Counted from the first letter of the stretch, positions 23,492 through 37,585 are shown. The stretch: 40,836 nucleotides of DNA from Blastocystis sp. subtype 4 (GCF_000743755.1 NW_014569473.1:1-40836); one strand, 5' to 3'. The notes: a model not told the origin generated them from the sequence alone. Translations and numbers: made by a program.

Positions 23492-25643
23492 TTAATCCAC
23501 CTTTACACTTCCAAATAGAGCACTTACAAAGACAAAAGACGCGAGGAAACCTACACATCCCGTGAACAGAGAGAAAATGGTTGACAGAATGAGCAAATAC
23601 CCTACAGCTTCGACCAGGACCAATACATTGGAGATGTTAAATGCCACGATAAGATAATAGAGCGAAAACCCGAAAGCATACACTCCTGACGAAGCAGGAG
23701 CAATAAAACTCATCCACCACCAATGATAATTCTCTGCACACAGCAATGAATATGTTAACACGATTGAGATCTCACTTGTTGTGATGATCAGAATCAATAT
23801 CACAATACTCACAAAGCCAAAGAGATAGTATCCATAGCCCATCCATATTGAAGACAAGAAGAAGTATAACTCCACAAAAACAACACCAAAGGGAACTAAA
23901 CCTCCGACCAAAATCAGAGGTAATTTGTGCACATACCACGGTTGAGGAGGGATTTCCCGTGGTATCGCAGATGTAGCTACAGGAGGTTCAAACGGTTCTC
24001 GTTTTATCCCACGATATGCTCCCACAATCACCAACGGAAGTGAAACTCCCATCCAAGTGAGAACGAGTTTTAGAATGGAAAGTACTGGAACAGCAGTAGT
24101 ACTATGATAATAAGCAGCTAACGTGTTCTGAATGCTGTAGATGAAGAAGAGAATACCTAAAGATAACATGAGGAATGATCATGATTACCTGGAACCAAAG
24201 TAGCTGCTAACAGAATAGTTCGCTTGATATGTTTCCCTCCAAACGAATGATAGAACCATAGAGTGAAATATCCATTAGTATAAGACAGAACAATAAAAAG
24301 GAAGAGGAGTATGTTGATCACGATACCTCGACGTTCTGGTGAGAATGAACCAATCAGACTCAATACTACGGTTACCACAACCATCCCAAGAATTTGAAGA
24401 CCTGATCCCTACAATGAAGAATCATGGAAATATCTACAAACAACACGGAAAGTAACATCAATGAATGTTCAGGAGGACGGAACACATCAGCATGAACCAT
24501 CTTCCAACCACTGTCTTCTGTGTCCAATTCTTCATTCTCGTCTGTTGGGAGCTAAATTATGAGGAATTCTGGAATTCCAATACTCGATTGTATCGAGCGA
24601 AATCTTGGTAGAGAGTACGAAGAACAATGAATGCCACCATTCCCTATAACTCAACGAATCAAAGTAAAGAGACAGTAAGGAAGAGAACAACGAGAAGAGA
24701 ATTGATGATGCTGTACCAATGAATCTTACGAGTCTCTTTTGCAAATTCACTGTTACTGTAATGGTCAAAACGACTGGCCCATGATGATTCAGACTTTACC
24801 CACTTGATCGAATAGGTGAAAATGACATGAACTCCCTATCTATTAGGAATGCTAAATAGGGTCACTTTCTCACCCTTACGAAGAGCTTCACCTTGAATAA
24901 CCATGGAAGGAACATGATCTTTGTTACACATTTTTTGGACCGAATCACTATCTGTGTAGTATACACTAAATGAATGAGAAACAGTCATATGAACAAACCT
25001 CCGAGGTTTAATCTCGAATCCAACAATCACGAAACCATTTTTAGATTCCTTCTCATTATACATCACTGTGAAATCAAGATGATTATTTAGGGCGTAGCCA
25101 ATTGGTTTATCACTTCCTTGCTTCACGAGAACGCCTCCAATAGGGAAGCCATGCTCATAGTACGTCGTATCATCCGAAACATGCACAGTCATCACTCCAG
25201 GAAGATTGTCGATCAGAATTTCAGCCAGATACTCGTCGGTGATGAAATTGATAAACTTGTTGAGTTCTTCATCTGAATAATCCTTCTCACCAACAATACC
25301 GCCTAGAAATTAGCGAAAAGAGTCAATATAAACATGAAACATCCGTCAACACGTTGACATCATAAACGGAGTTTTCAATATGATTTGCTGTCAGTAACTC
25401 ACCAATAGATGAAGCCTTATGAACGGTGATGTCAGGCTATCCAGTGAATCTACAAGGACAAGAAGATACTTTCGGAAATGGAAGATAATAGTATTCGTAT
25501 GGGATATGCGTCTTGGAGGAAGAAAGACCATTCACTTTCATATTCACTTGGTCACCCTCCTTGTACACTTGCTTTGAACTCGCAAACAAAACACCATTCG
25601 CGAGACCGAAAAGAAGGAATACAATACACAGTTTCTCGATCAT
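23492..25643 (-). CDS. Transmembrane 9 superfamily protein, TM9SF2/4-like
   Basis: Signal peptide, VNGLSSSKTHIPYEYYYLPF, IHWYSIINS, SGWKMVHADVFRPP, IPREIPPQPWY, ENYHWWWMSF and C-terminal KVD. Confidence 0.9.
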
Positions 25644-25782
25644 AGGCTTTGTTCTTTTAGCGAACTATACGAAAGAGAAAGGAAAGAGATACATAGGGCC
25701 CAATTATCTATTTGAAAAGGGTATCAATTTGGGCCTATTTCAATAATCGGGAGGCAATTCAGTCACTTGCTTCTTTCTTTGA

Positions 25783-26745
25783 ATGGGAAGGTATTTATGT
25801 AGTACAAAGGAAGAATCCAAGTATTGGCTGAATTGGAGTTTCTCCGGAATTACAACTTGTATTGTCATTCATGTCCTCTTTATATATTCGAATGTACTGA
25901 TTGCTGTAGTTCAACTGATTTAGTATAATATAGGGATTTCTGATTCATCGGATATTTGAACGAGTTTGGATTCGGGTTCTACTTCTCATCGTTTTTGAAC
26001 TTTTGGCTATTTTATCACAATGGTCTCATATCATTTGTTGTCTATTTTGTTCGTTGTGAGTAATAGGTATGACAAGTGATCCTGGTTGTGTTCCAAGTGA
26101 TGCAATTCCTTTGGCAACAGCTACAGAGGATGAAAAGTTGAGTATGTGTACGAAATGTAATTGCTTCAAGCCCCCACGAGCTCACCACTGTAGTGAATGT
26201 GGTCGATGTATTGTCAAGATGGATCATCACTGTCCGTAGGATCCATCCTTGGTTTTTGAAGTAGATGGGTCAACAATTGTGTAGGAATCGCTACTATGAA
26301 GTTCTTTATTCTCTTTCTGATATATACCTTCCTTTATTGTACTCTTGCTGTAATTCTAATTCTTTCTTTTTACGTTCATCGCATGATGGTGATTGAGGAG
26401 AGTAATTTTCTGATGATGTCTGGAGCTGTATTTGTGCTATTTGGATTCTTTTTCATGATGTTTACATCGGTGATGTTTGTGGACATCATAGGTGTTGTTC
26501 GATCAGGAGTTACGGGTATTATCGTATTCTCTCAATGAGTGATAGGAATTGATGCATTGAAAGGAATTAAGGTTTCGAGTTCATCCCATCAGGGCTTGCA
26601 AGAAGTGTTTGGAGGAAAGGGTGTGTTTGAATGGAATTGGTTAATTCCCGTGAGTCCAAAATGGAATGATCCTGAGGAAATCCTTCAGTATCGTCATAAA
26701 GGAGTGGAAGTGGTAGTGAAGGATGAATGGACTGTATGTGATTGA
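25783..26745 (+). CDS. DHHC palmitoyltransferase (multi-exon)
   Basis: TSDPGCVP and [30 protein letters not shown][intron]WVNNCVG, plus TM segments. TGA 26743-26745. Confidence 0.93.
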
Positions 26746-26821
26746 TATGTTTGTTAGTATTCATTGTATTTAGATTCAATATTCTCAAATAACCCATCCA
26801 TGATCTCTTAACAAACAGGAT

Positions 26822-28077
<1,256 letters not shown>

Positions 28078-28171
28078 GGTTATTAAATGAGAACTTGAAT
28101 ACGATAAATAGAGAAGTTTTCTGTCATTCCAGAAAATCTCGCCATTCATCTTTTTCAATTCATACAACGCT

Positions 28172-28920
28172 ATGGACACGAGTAATCCCATGGAAATGTG
28201 CAAGGGCATTATCGCAGAGTTTCTGCAGATGCCAGAATCCGGTACATCGGTTTTATGGGATGACGGTAATATCTAGAACCATTTCTAGAGCCAGTGCCTT
28301 GGAAAGAATGGGGTTTGGACGACTATCCGAGAATCATTAAGCAACCAATGGATTTAGGAACTGTGAATGTGAGAGATGGTTTGATTGTTGTGATGGAGAT
28401 AGAAGAAGATGACAGCAGGAGAGTATAAGGATATATTTGAGTTTGCTTATGATATGCGTTTGATTTGGCGTAACTGTTGCACATACAACCAAGAAGGAGC
28501 TGAGATTTATGCAGTTGGAAAGAAGCTTTCTGATGTTTTCGAAGAGAAATTCAGTAGTGTCCAGTCATTAAGTTTGGTTTTGTTTATTTCGTAATATGTA
28601 GTTCCCGCCGACATGCAGTACTAACAAGATATTGGATGTGAACTGTAGAGAACCAAGTGTTGCCACGAAGAGGGAGTTTGTGGATGATTTGTTCCGTCTT
28701 ACCCCTCAAGACCTTGCAAAGGTTATTGAGACTCTGAATGACCGTTGTGAATCATGTCTTGATAAAGTGAATTTGGATTTCCATTGTAATGATTAGACAA
28801 ATCCAGAATTGGTGGACATTATTGTAGATGCCATTGATAATGCAACATTTAACTACACCTTCGGTTATGTGAAGGATCTACTAAAGAAGGATAGTCCAAG
28901 TGCTATGGAAGTTGAAAACT
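28172..28920 (+). CDS. Single bromodomain + ET-like domain protein; stop probably completed by polyadenylation
   Basis: PFLEPVPWKEWGLDDYPRIIKQPMDLGTV and DMRLIWRNCCTYN. ET-like LFRLTPQDLAKVIETL...VDIIVDAIDNATF. Confidence 0.85.
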
Positions 28921-28942
28921 ATCCTGTTTGTTCTCAAACATC

Positions 28943-30865
28943 TTACTGAGATGAAAGTTTACTACTTAACAACATTGACAACTTCTTGATCTGTTCTTTT
29001 CCTGCCAGTAACTCACTATCTCTCATTGTAACCTTAATCTTAGACTCTTATTCATTTCTTACATCACTCTTCAAAATCTCGATCTGACGATCTTGTGATT
29101 CAAACAATTCATTCAACTGAGTAACTGTTTCTCTCATCTTCTTATTGCCTTTTCTCTCTTCCTCTAGCTGATGTGTTAGTGATGACATTTGATCTCTGAC
29201 TCGTTTCAATTCTTCTTCATAAGTCTTCTGCTGCTGTCGAATGATTTCTCGATCTTTCTCTTCCATCTCACGGATCGATGCATTCAATCGTTCTGTCATT
29301 GTCTTCTCCAATTCTGTTTCCTTCTTTTTGGCACTTGTCACACTTGACTGTTGACTAGTAAGCCTCTGTTGCATTACTCGAAGCTGTTCTTTCAATGATG
29401 TTACAGTCGTTTGTAGCTGCTCATGGACCTCCTCTCCAGTCACTTGAGCCGATTCTAATTCTGCTTCTCGTTCCAACACCTGACACTTCAGATCCTGGTT
29501 CTCTTCCTGAACCTTCTGCAAAGCATCCTGGACCTTTGCTAACTCCTCTCGATGCAATCGTGTCTGATCCTCCAAGAACCTCTCACTCACTGAGACCTGC
29601 TGTTCCACTGCCACCTTCCTCGCTCTCAACACTGCTAATTCTTGCTCATACTGACCTACTGAAGACTCCCATGATGCTCGAATCTCACGTATCTCCTCTT
29701 CTTTCTCAGCGAGAGTCTTCTCCTTCAGACTTAACTTCTCCTCTAATTCCTTCGCATTTGCTTCACTCGCTGTGAGTGCTTGCTGTACCACTTCATTACT
29801 TGTGTGCTGAACATTCACCAACTCATTCTGTAGACGCACCACTTCCTCCTCAAGCTCTTGGCGACGCTGCATTACTTGCTCCATATTCTCCTTTGCTCCT
29901 CGCAACGCACGACGCAAATTCTCATTTGTTTGTTCTAATTCCTCCACTTGTTCGTCTACTCCTTCTGATTCCAGTGTAGCCACTTTTTGCCTTAATTCTT
30001 CAAGTTCACTCTGGGCAGTTGCTGCCTCTGCTTCTAGTTGTCTGATGTGTGATTCTTGTGCTTCTGACAGTTTCTGTGTCGAATCAGCAAACTGTTGAGA
30101 TCCTTGCTTTGCAGAGCGAGTTAAGAGGAGACTTTCCATCAAAGAGTGTAGAGAAGAAGCAGATTCTGCAGTGGGAAAGAGAATAGAGACAGATTGATCA
30201 ATTGCTGTCTTGGCTGTATCTACTGCATCATCAGGAGCCGAAAGTAGTTCTGAGAGACTGGTAAACGTTGTAAGAAGCGTACTGCGAATAGACTGTAATT
30301 CTGAGTCCTGTTGACGAGATCTGGTAACTACGGACTCATAGTCCTTTGTTTGTTGCTCTAATTCCTCTTTAGTCTTCAGTAATGTTTCATTCAATTGCAT
30401 ATACTCATCCTGACGACGACTCAACGTATATTCGATATTATTCTTCTCGTACTCCATCTCCTTTAATTTAGATTCCATTTCGCTAACCTTTGGGTCTACT
30501 TGTTGACTTCCTCCATTCTCCACTTTGATTCCACTTGCGTTCTAGGTCTATTAAGTACTATTCCCAAACCCCACAATGCCAATCCACCATTGCTTCAAAG
30601 AATCTAGACTCAGTTCGGGTTGTGGATTCTCCTCTAGATGATCATCTTTCCAGAGTTTATTTCTACCTGAAAATGGATTTGAGACAAATTCCAAGAAGTC
30701 AAGTAGAAGTTGGTGCGATTTCTCACACTCCTTCTTTATCTCTATCAGTTATTGTATTAATCTCATTTTCGTACCGTTCATTTGCGTTTCCTGTGCCTGA
30801 CATTTCTTCTTTAACAATTTCAGTGCATCCTTGTACTGAGCAATCTGATTTGTATGTTGGCTCAT
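28943..30865 (-). CDS. Long coiled-coil protein
   Basis: 491-aa E/Q/K/L heptad-rich ORF 29048..30523 extended by short exons at both ends (MSQHTNQIAQYKDALKLL...; ...LSSQ TAA). Confidence 0.75.
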
Positions 30866-31025
30866 TCACAACTCAATTTCTGGATGGATGAAACCAATTA
30901 TATAATAAAGAGAGAAATCAATGATACTACAGTCGGTTTGCTATAAAAGAAACAGGAAATAAAACGAGCAAACAATCCCTGTAATGATTTGAGATTCCAG
31001 AAGAATCCAAACAGATGCAACCCTT

Positions 31026-32525
31026 CTACAACTCACTTCTTCTCTTCTCCCCTACTTTGTCATCAGCACACCTCACATCTGGAAAGAGGAACTGAAGCAT
31101 CTGCCGAACTTCCGACTCAAAGGTTCCAGGATAAATGACAACACTTTGGAGTGTCTCCGAAAAGGAAGATAATCGACCACAAATATCCACAATATTCACT
31201 TTTAATACTGGTAAGGAGAGACTACCAGCATTGATACCTACTTAACATGACAACTCCATTTCCTACTCAATTCAGTTTTAGTGTCATTTAATTTAACAGA
31301 AACACTGAGAACAGAAGATTCGTTCCCAAAACGTGACTGGAACTTACGAAGCACATTCACCGCTTGATTATATTGAGAAACTATAGCTTCAGATTCGTTG
31401 TTTTGATTCTTCCAATGATCACTAGTCTCAATATTCTAGAAGTCAAAGCTTCTTGACACACAAACAGTAATGATTTCGGAATAGGCAAGTGGTAGAAATA
31501 GAACCTTCTTTTCGAAAGCGTCATCAATAAGAGAGACTGCATCATCAATATAACCCAGTTTAGTCTTCGCTTTGATTAATTCTGTGATCACCCGAGCGTA
31601 ATTGACATCGTCCAAATGCTGGATTGTATCTAGTTCATTTAAAAAATCAACAAGATTGATGAGTTCTGCATAGTGACCTCCATTGTAACAACCAGTCACC
31701 AATTCTGCCGTTACTGAAGGATTGCGTTGAATATAGTCTGGAGGAAGCTTCGCATAGTCATCAAGTGCTTGATTTATGTCACTCAGTGTGGCAATGAATC
31801 GAATATACAAACCTATGTGTTAGTACCCCTTACTATTGTTACCATGAGAATAGGGTGTGAGAGAACGAATAGCTTCGACATTAGGAAGCACAATTTGAAA
31901 CAACTCTTCATCATGTTCGAGCATACAATACCGAGCAATGGCTTCTGTGACTCGATAGTTGGCCACTAACTTAGGCTATTCCATATCAATGGAAATGAAA
32001 ATGCTTACATCCACAGAATACACTTTCTTGTATACATTGCGCAGGACATCTAACTTGTGTTTCTTATTAAGATTGACAAGGAGTTTCTCCATGTCCTAAT
32101 CGATCACTTCTATCCACTTCATTTACGGCTTTCTTTCCATTCTTTGAGCTTTTGGAGAGAATTGTGTCTATAAGCGTGGACAACTAGAAATAAGATCTGT
32201 TGGAACCAATCTGACTTCTTCATACGAAAAGGATTCTCCTTGACGTTCGACTACTAGTAGAAGATCATTGACCTTTGCCTTTTTCAAGTACTCGTCTTCG
32301 AGGATGAACTTGGGCTTTCCATCAATGCTGCTACAGAATAAGACTCAAATCCAAAGACAACGAATCACTCAGAGGGTTGATACTAGAAAATGTTCGAAAA
32401 AAGGAAGCAGGGTGGAATGTTGTTCTATCCACAACATTGGGCAAATTCAACCCCATGGATATCATCTTTGGAAGATGGTGAATGCACCTGCCGATTCTCG
32501 GCCAATTCATCACACGGGTGAACAT
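31026..32525 (-). CDS. Helical-repeat (PPR-like) protein with putative mitochondrial/MRO presequence
   Basis: R/S/F-rich N-terminus (MFTRVMNWPRIGR...FFRTFSS). PPR-like repeats such as VTAELVTGCYNGGHYAELINL and YARVITELIKAKTKLGYIDDAVSLI. Confidence 0.55.
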
Positions 32526-32573
32526 TCTTCTGTTGTTGAAATTGCTATTTCTTTGAATACGTAATTCAATACA

Positions 32574-34609
32574 ATGGGTAATATCCTAATGGATCTCGAA
32601 ACTACTATTCATCAATGCTCTGGTAGTTTCCTTCCTGTGGTGAGATTGCGTTGTGAGGCTACAACCTTTTAACATAAAATAGGCGTTCGCGCTCAAATGG
32701 CTGGACATAATCGTTCATTTTTATGGGGTTTATCCAAGCGCAAGTGACAGTAGAGGCGAGTTTGTGTGTCTTTCGATGTGAACTTATTTACATTTCTGTG
32801 GATATCACAGATGGTCTCTTGCGTTTCATTCTTCGAAAACCGGAAACAAAAAGTCTTCTTGTCATTCATTATAACAGAATTTCCTATTTGCATCTCTCCA
32901 ATGTAGTACTATCCTTGTAAGGGTTCAAGGTGTCAATTATTTCTAGTTTTCTAATTCTAAAATTCCATGTTAAGAATGATACCGAAGTTAAATTGACATT
33001 TCAATTTCCTGTGAACAAGGGTAAAGCATTAGCTGACCAATTACATTATTTCTTTCGTTTAATCAATCCCGTTACATCCTGTATAGTTCACTGATTTGGT
33101 TTTCTGTAGACTTTGTTCTTCACAATTCACTCGAAAGTCTTTCTGCGTTTTGAATCTGATTTATTTTTACTTTTAGATTGAAACGACAGCAACTCTTCAA
33201 TGGTCTGAAATGGAAACGAATCAAGCATTTGTGGGAAAGTGATAAAGGACCTCCACCAACCAACTTCACTAAGTTTATCCAGTCTCAAATCGACCTATCC
33301 CAAGATGCGGTTCCCTCGGGGGTTCTATCAAGTATTGGTAATCACATCGTTGAATGCTAGAATCTTGCCTCATCCAACGTTCTTTTCCAACTCAACAACA
33401 AGCTATCAATTTTATAGAACATTATCGAACATATGATCATGATATCAAAGTCTATTCTCAATAGAAGCTTCATATGTAGTTATTCTCTTATGAACGTATT
33501 TCTGACAAACGTCGCCAATTCTTAGCTCTCTCTGAAGAAGAGTTTCGTTGGGAATATGAGAACAGTCCTTACGAACACAATCCTTTGCGTCATTGTTACG
33601 AAATAATACGTGAGAACTGTCCTTGTAAGCTTTATATGGATGTAGAGGTAATCATTCTTTTGTATTTCCATCTAGTATGTTTATGAATTGAATTCTGGAA
33701 AGGAGGGAATTACACTCCTTCGATTACTGTTGCGATTCATTTCTTATTGTTTATTTTATATCTATGGAATTCAGGTGTCACCTGAAGACTATTCCTGTAT
33801 CTTTAGTGACAATAAAGACAAGTTTAGTTGTCATGTTGTATTGAACAAAAATCGGATCCTTTTTCGGAATAACATCCATTTAGGCCGTTTTATGCAGTGG
33901 GCTGTAGCTTCTCTTCAGCAGACTCCTTCAAGTGAATTCTCGGCATTATTTGTCAAAACTGAATCCAAAGAATGCTTTATAGCAGATATGGCTGTGTAAG
34001 AGAACTGATGTGTATGAAATGTAGATACACAAAGAATCGAGCTATGCGATTACTGAAGTCTTCCAAACATAGTCACGATAATAGCAAAACTCCATTCAAT
34101 ACAGCTTTCTCATTTGACGAATGGCAATTATTCCTCCCATTTACATTGGTGACGGGTCGGAGTCTATAAACTGATTTATTTGAAGAGTACTCTTTCTATA
34201 AATCTCGTTTCCGTCTACTGTATTTTAAGGGAACTGTAATTCCAATTCGTTCTCCTCAACCTGTAAAAAGAACCTCTCATTCCAGTCAATTTCCTCTTCC
34301 TTCTTTGGCACAATTCATATTGTCTAGTTGGGAGATCATTAGTCATGCATCAGGAGGTTTTGTTCGAAGTTGGTGTTGTTATGAAAGTAAGTCTGGAGGA
34401 AAGAAACTACGATTGGATATTGGTGGTAATCGATGGTGTTTGAATAAGAATCGACAACACAAAAGCAATCATATTTATTTCATTGTGGATTTGGGACGAG
34501 GAGGGTTCTTTCAGAAGTGTCACGACTCCGATTGTTGTAACTTCCTAAGTCAGTGGTTCCCTCTTCCTCCTTGGGTTGTGGAAGAAGCCATTGGAGTATT
34601 TGGTAGTTA
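32574..34609 (+). CDS. PRIMPOL: PrimPol (AEP primase-polymerase with C-terminal Zn finger) with an apparent long N-terminal extension
   Basis: HCYEIIRENCPCKLYMDVE (DxE), KFSCHVV (SxH), DMAVYTKNRAMRLLKSSK, and Zn finger RWCLNKNRQHKSNHIYF...QKCHDSDC. The start is inferred by splicing. Confidence 0.85.
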
Positions 34610-34707
34610 TGTTTGTTTGTTGGAGGAAGGACGATACAACGGCGACAACCACACTTCAGAGAAGAATCACTTCCATTCAACAAACAATGTACTGTAACAT
34701 AATTTCA

Positions 34708-35411
34708 TTAATCACGGTGGGGAACCCAAGCCTGAACATCTGGCTCAATCTTCCTAGCACTTTCCATGTAAAGAGGATGCTGAGGTTGAATCCAGTACTG
34801 ATCCTGCTTCTGAGGATCCTTGAATCCCCATCTCTTATACGAACGCCATCTCATCTCTATTTGTTGAACTCGCAACCAATTGAGTACGGGTAAGGTTTTC
34901 CTCATGAGGAGCAATGACTCCACCAACGTTCGTCTTGTAGGGATTCGAAGAGTTGTGTAGGGTTGTCTTATCTAGGATCTCCTCGCATCTCTTCTGCAAC
35001 AGAACATTTTGCTATTTCTCATATCCATTCCTCGTAGGTACCTCCGAAGGAACTTCATCGTACAAGCTAGCAAGCCAGCCAAGCCACTGAGGAGCAACTT
35101 GGTTGTAATCGAATCTCCAATTCCATCCAGCATACTCCACCCATCGGTGTCGCCCTAAAACCATAAAAGAAGATTCAGAAAGGCTCACCGAACTGGTAGT
35201 TCAATCCTTCGTAGTACATGTTTCCATGCTCATCTTGGCCTTTCAGTGTACCAAGTTTGATCTCTCCCATGGCACTGAGCTGTTTAAGAACACCTCGGAG
35301 GCCTCTCTCTTTGAGTCCCATCCAAATAGACTAAACATCATCCTAATCAGGATCAAAGCATACAGTGAAGACTCCATATCCAAACTTGGTTGCTCTGGTT
35401 TGAATACTCAT
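34708..35411 (-). CDS. NDUFA12: Complex I accessory subunit NDUFA12 (B17.2)
   Basis: Spliced KLGTLKGQDEHGNMYYE...GRHRWVEY...QVAPQWLGWL...DEVP...ENLT...VQAWVP. TGTTTGTT on the minus strand at 34679-34686. Confidence 0.85.
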
Positions 35412-35547
35412 TCTGAATCAGGATTTCTGCCAACAGTTGAATTGGGCCAAGTGGGACGAATTGGGTTAGCCCCATTGTCGACAAGAATCCGTCCTGATTT
35501 ATGGTATATTTTGTTCGCTTTGACCGATTTCTTTTCGGCATCAAATA

Positions 35548-36151
35548 ATGACAGAACAAGTAACTCACATCCAGTTTGACACATCTGTTGTATAGAATGG
35601 ATGTAAAGGGACTGATTGAATAGGGCTCTTTCGTTGTTGAACTGTACTACATGCATGCTCCAAAAACGTGTGAAAACTTCATTGGCTTAGTCAAGAAGGG
35701 GTTTTATGATGGTATTGCTTTTCACCGGATTATTGCTGTAAGAATTCGTGATTTCGTTTTATACTTAGAATTTCATGATTCAGGGAGGAGATCCAACAGG
35801 AACTGGTCGGTATTCCGAATCAATCTGGGGGTAGGGAGTTTGAGTTTGATTCTTTTGTAGTCATCCTTTTGAAGATGAAATTACTCGGAAACTACGTTTT
35901 ACAGGAGCAGGAATTGTGGCTATGGTTTGTTGTTCTTCTCTGTTAAGATGCATAGGCCAATTCGGGTCCCAATACAAATGGATGTCAGTTTTTCGTGACT
36001 CTGGCTCCTACGCCGTGGTTAGATGGAAAGTATACCATTTTCGGGCGTATTAGTGAGGGTATGGGTACTGTGAATCATCTGGGACATGTACCAACAGATA
36101 CCCAGGATCGTCCCTTGTCTCCTGTCAAAATAATTCGAGCTCGTTGTTTAT
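35548..36151 (+). CDS. PPIL1: Cyclophilin PPIL1-like peptidyl-prolyl isomerase
   Basis: [70 protein letters not shown]. The genomic stop is at 36189, but a poly(A)-made stop at 36151 is likely. Confidence 0.88.
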
Positions 36152-36253
36152 CGTATCTTTGTTGTATCAACTCTTTCATTGCAATATGATTAATCGTTTG
36201 GAAGAAACAAATTCAACCATTTATAATAACACAAAGATCTAAACCATACATCG

Positions 36254-37585
36254 TTACTGTTGCTCGCAGGTAACACCTCCCTGACGACCACGGTCATACT
36301 GATCATCGTCTTCGTCATAGGCCTATTCATCAATATTTCTATTCATTCCTACGTTACTATTATACTCAGGCTCTCTCACAGAATGACCATAAGATTCCTC
36401 TTCTCCTATCTGTACCGATACCTTCTCCGCATCCTTTACAGGAGTCGGCTGCGTTGGCCACTCCAATATCTTCTTCAACTCGTTCACTGTCGATATAGGC
36501 AGACTCAGTGGGAAGTTCACAATGATCTTTATAAACAAGGATCCATGTTCAATCACACTGCCACGAAGAGGCATTCCCTCGTTATGAATGACCAAGAAAG
36601 AATCGGGCTCCGTTACAGCACCTGCCGGCCTTGTAACTTCCAACACACGACCATCCAGATGCCGGATGTATCGCGTGAAACCACACATAGCTTCGGCCAC
36701 ACTCACAGTCATCGTCATCATCAGATCAGGACCCTCACGCTCAAACACAGGGTGTCGTGCCTGATGAATCACATAAATGATATCACCGGCTTCCATGCCA
36801 GGAGCTTCATCAGCAGCTGATGGTAACACCACCTTGTCTCCATCCTTCATACCACGTTCCACACACACCTCGATCGTCTTGGTCTCAGGGACAACCTTAC
36901 TACCATGACACTCTTTGCACTGCTTGGTAGGATCAATCACTACTCCCTTTCCATTGCAAGTAGAACAAGGTGACTGCATTTGCTGGATCATGTTACCACG
37001 ACGCAACATCCGCACACGGACACCTCGACCACCACAGTCAGAACAAGACTTTTCACAGCCATCCGAACCACCACGTCCCTTACATGCAGGACAAATCACC
37101 TTATGAGTGACACGGAACTTGCTGTTCTTTCCTTTGTAAAGATCTTCTAACTTGACTTGATAGTTACGAGTGATATTCTCCGTGCGACGAGGACCTCTCG
37201 ATCGACCACCACCACCACCAAAGAACTGACTAAAGATGTCTTGTGCATCCATGTCGTTTCCGCTCATATTCTGCTTGATTCCATCCATACCATACTCATC
37301 ATACACTTTACGTTTTTCCGGATCGGAAAGGATCTCATAAGCAGCAGAAATCTCCTTAAACTACAAATTAACCAATCTACAAGCACCAACCTTTTCAGCA
37401 TCACCACCACGATCAGGATGATTCTTGATAGCCAGTTTACGGTAAGCCTTTTTCAGTTCGTCAGGGCCACAATCCTTCGAAACACCGAGAACCTCATATA
37501 AGTGAGTATTCTCTACAGGTCCTTTAGGAGCACCTCCTCCCATGCCTCCCATCCCCGGAAAGCCATCAAAACCAAAAAAGTTCAT
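36254..37585 (-). CDS. Type I Hsp40 (DnaJ-A/Ydj1-like)
   Basis: J domain with HPD, G/F region, four CxxCxGxG-type repeats, and a last exon ending GVTCEQQ (CaaX-type). Confidence 0.95.

Noticed and set aside
8455..25643. Two TM9SF genes as a recent local duplication
   Set aside because: They resemble different ancient subfamilies and share no evident DNA-level similarity.
33470..34609. AEP primase as a sign of a virus or mobile element
   Set aside because: It is an intron-rich cellular PrimPol among housekeeping genes, with no terminal repeats, integrase or capsid genes.
36260..37501. Plus-strand ORFs antisense to DnaJ (and similar antisense ORFs elsewhere)
   Set aside because: Shadow frames of real genes with no recognisable protein features.
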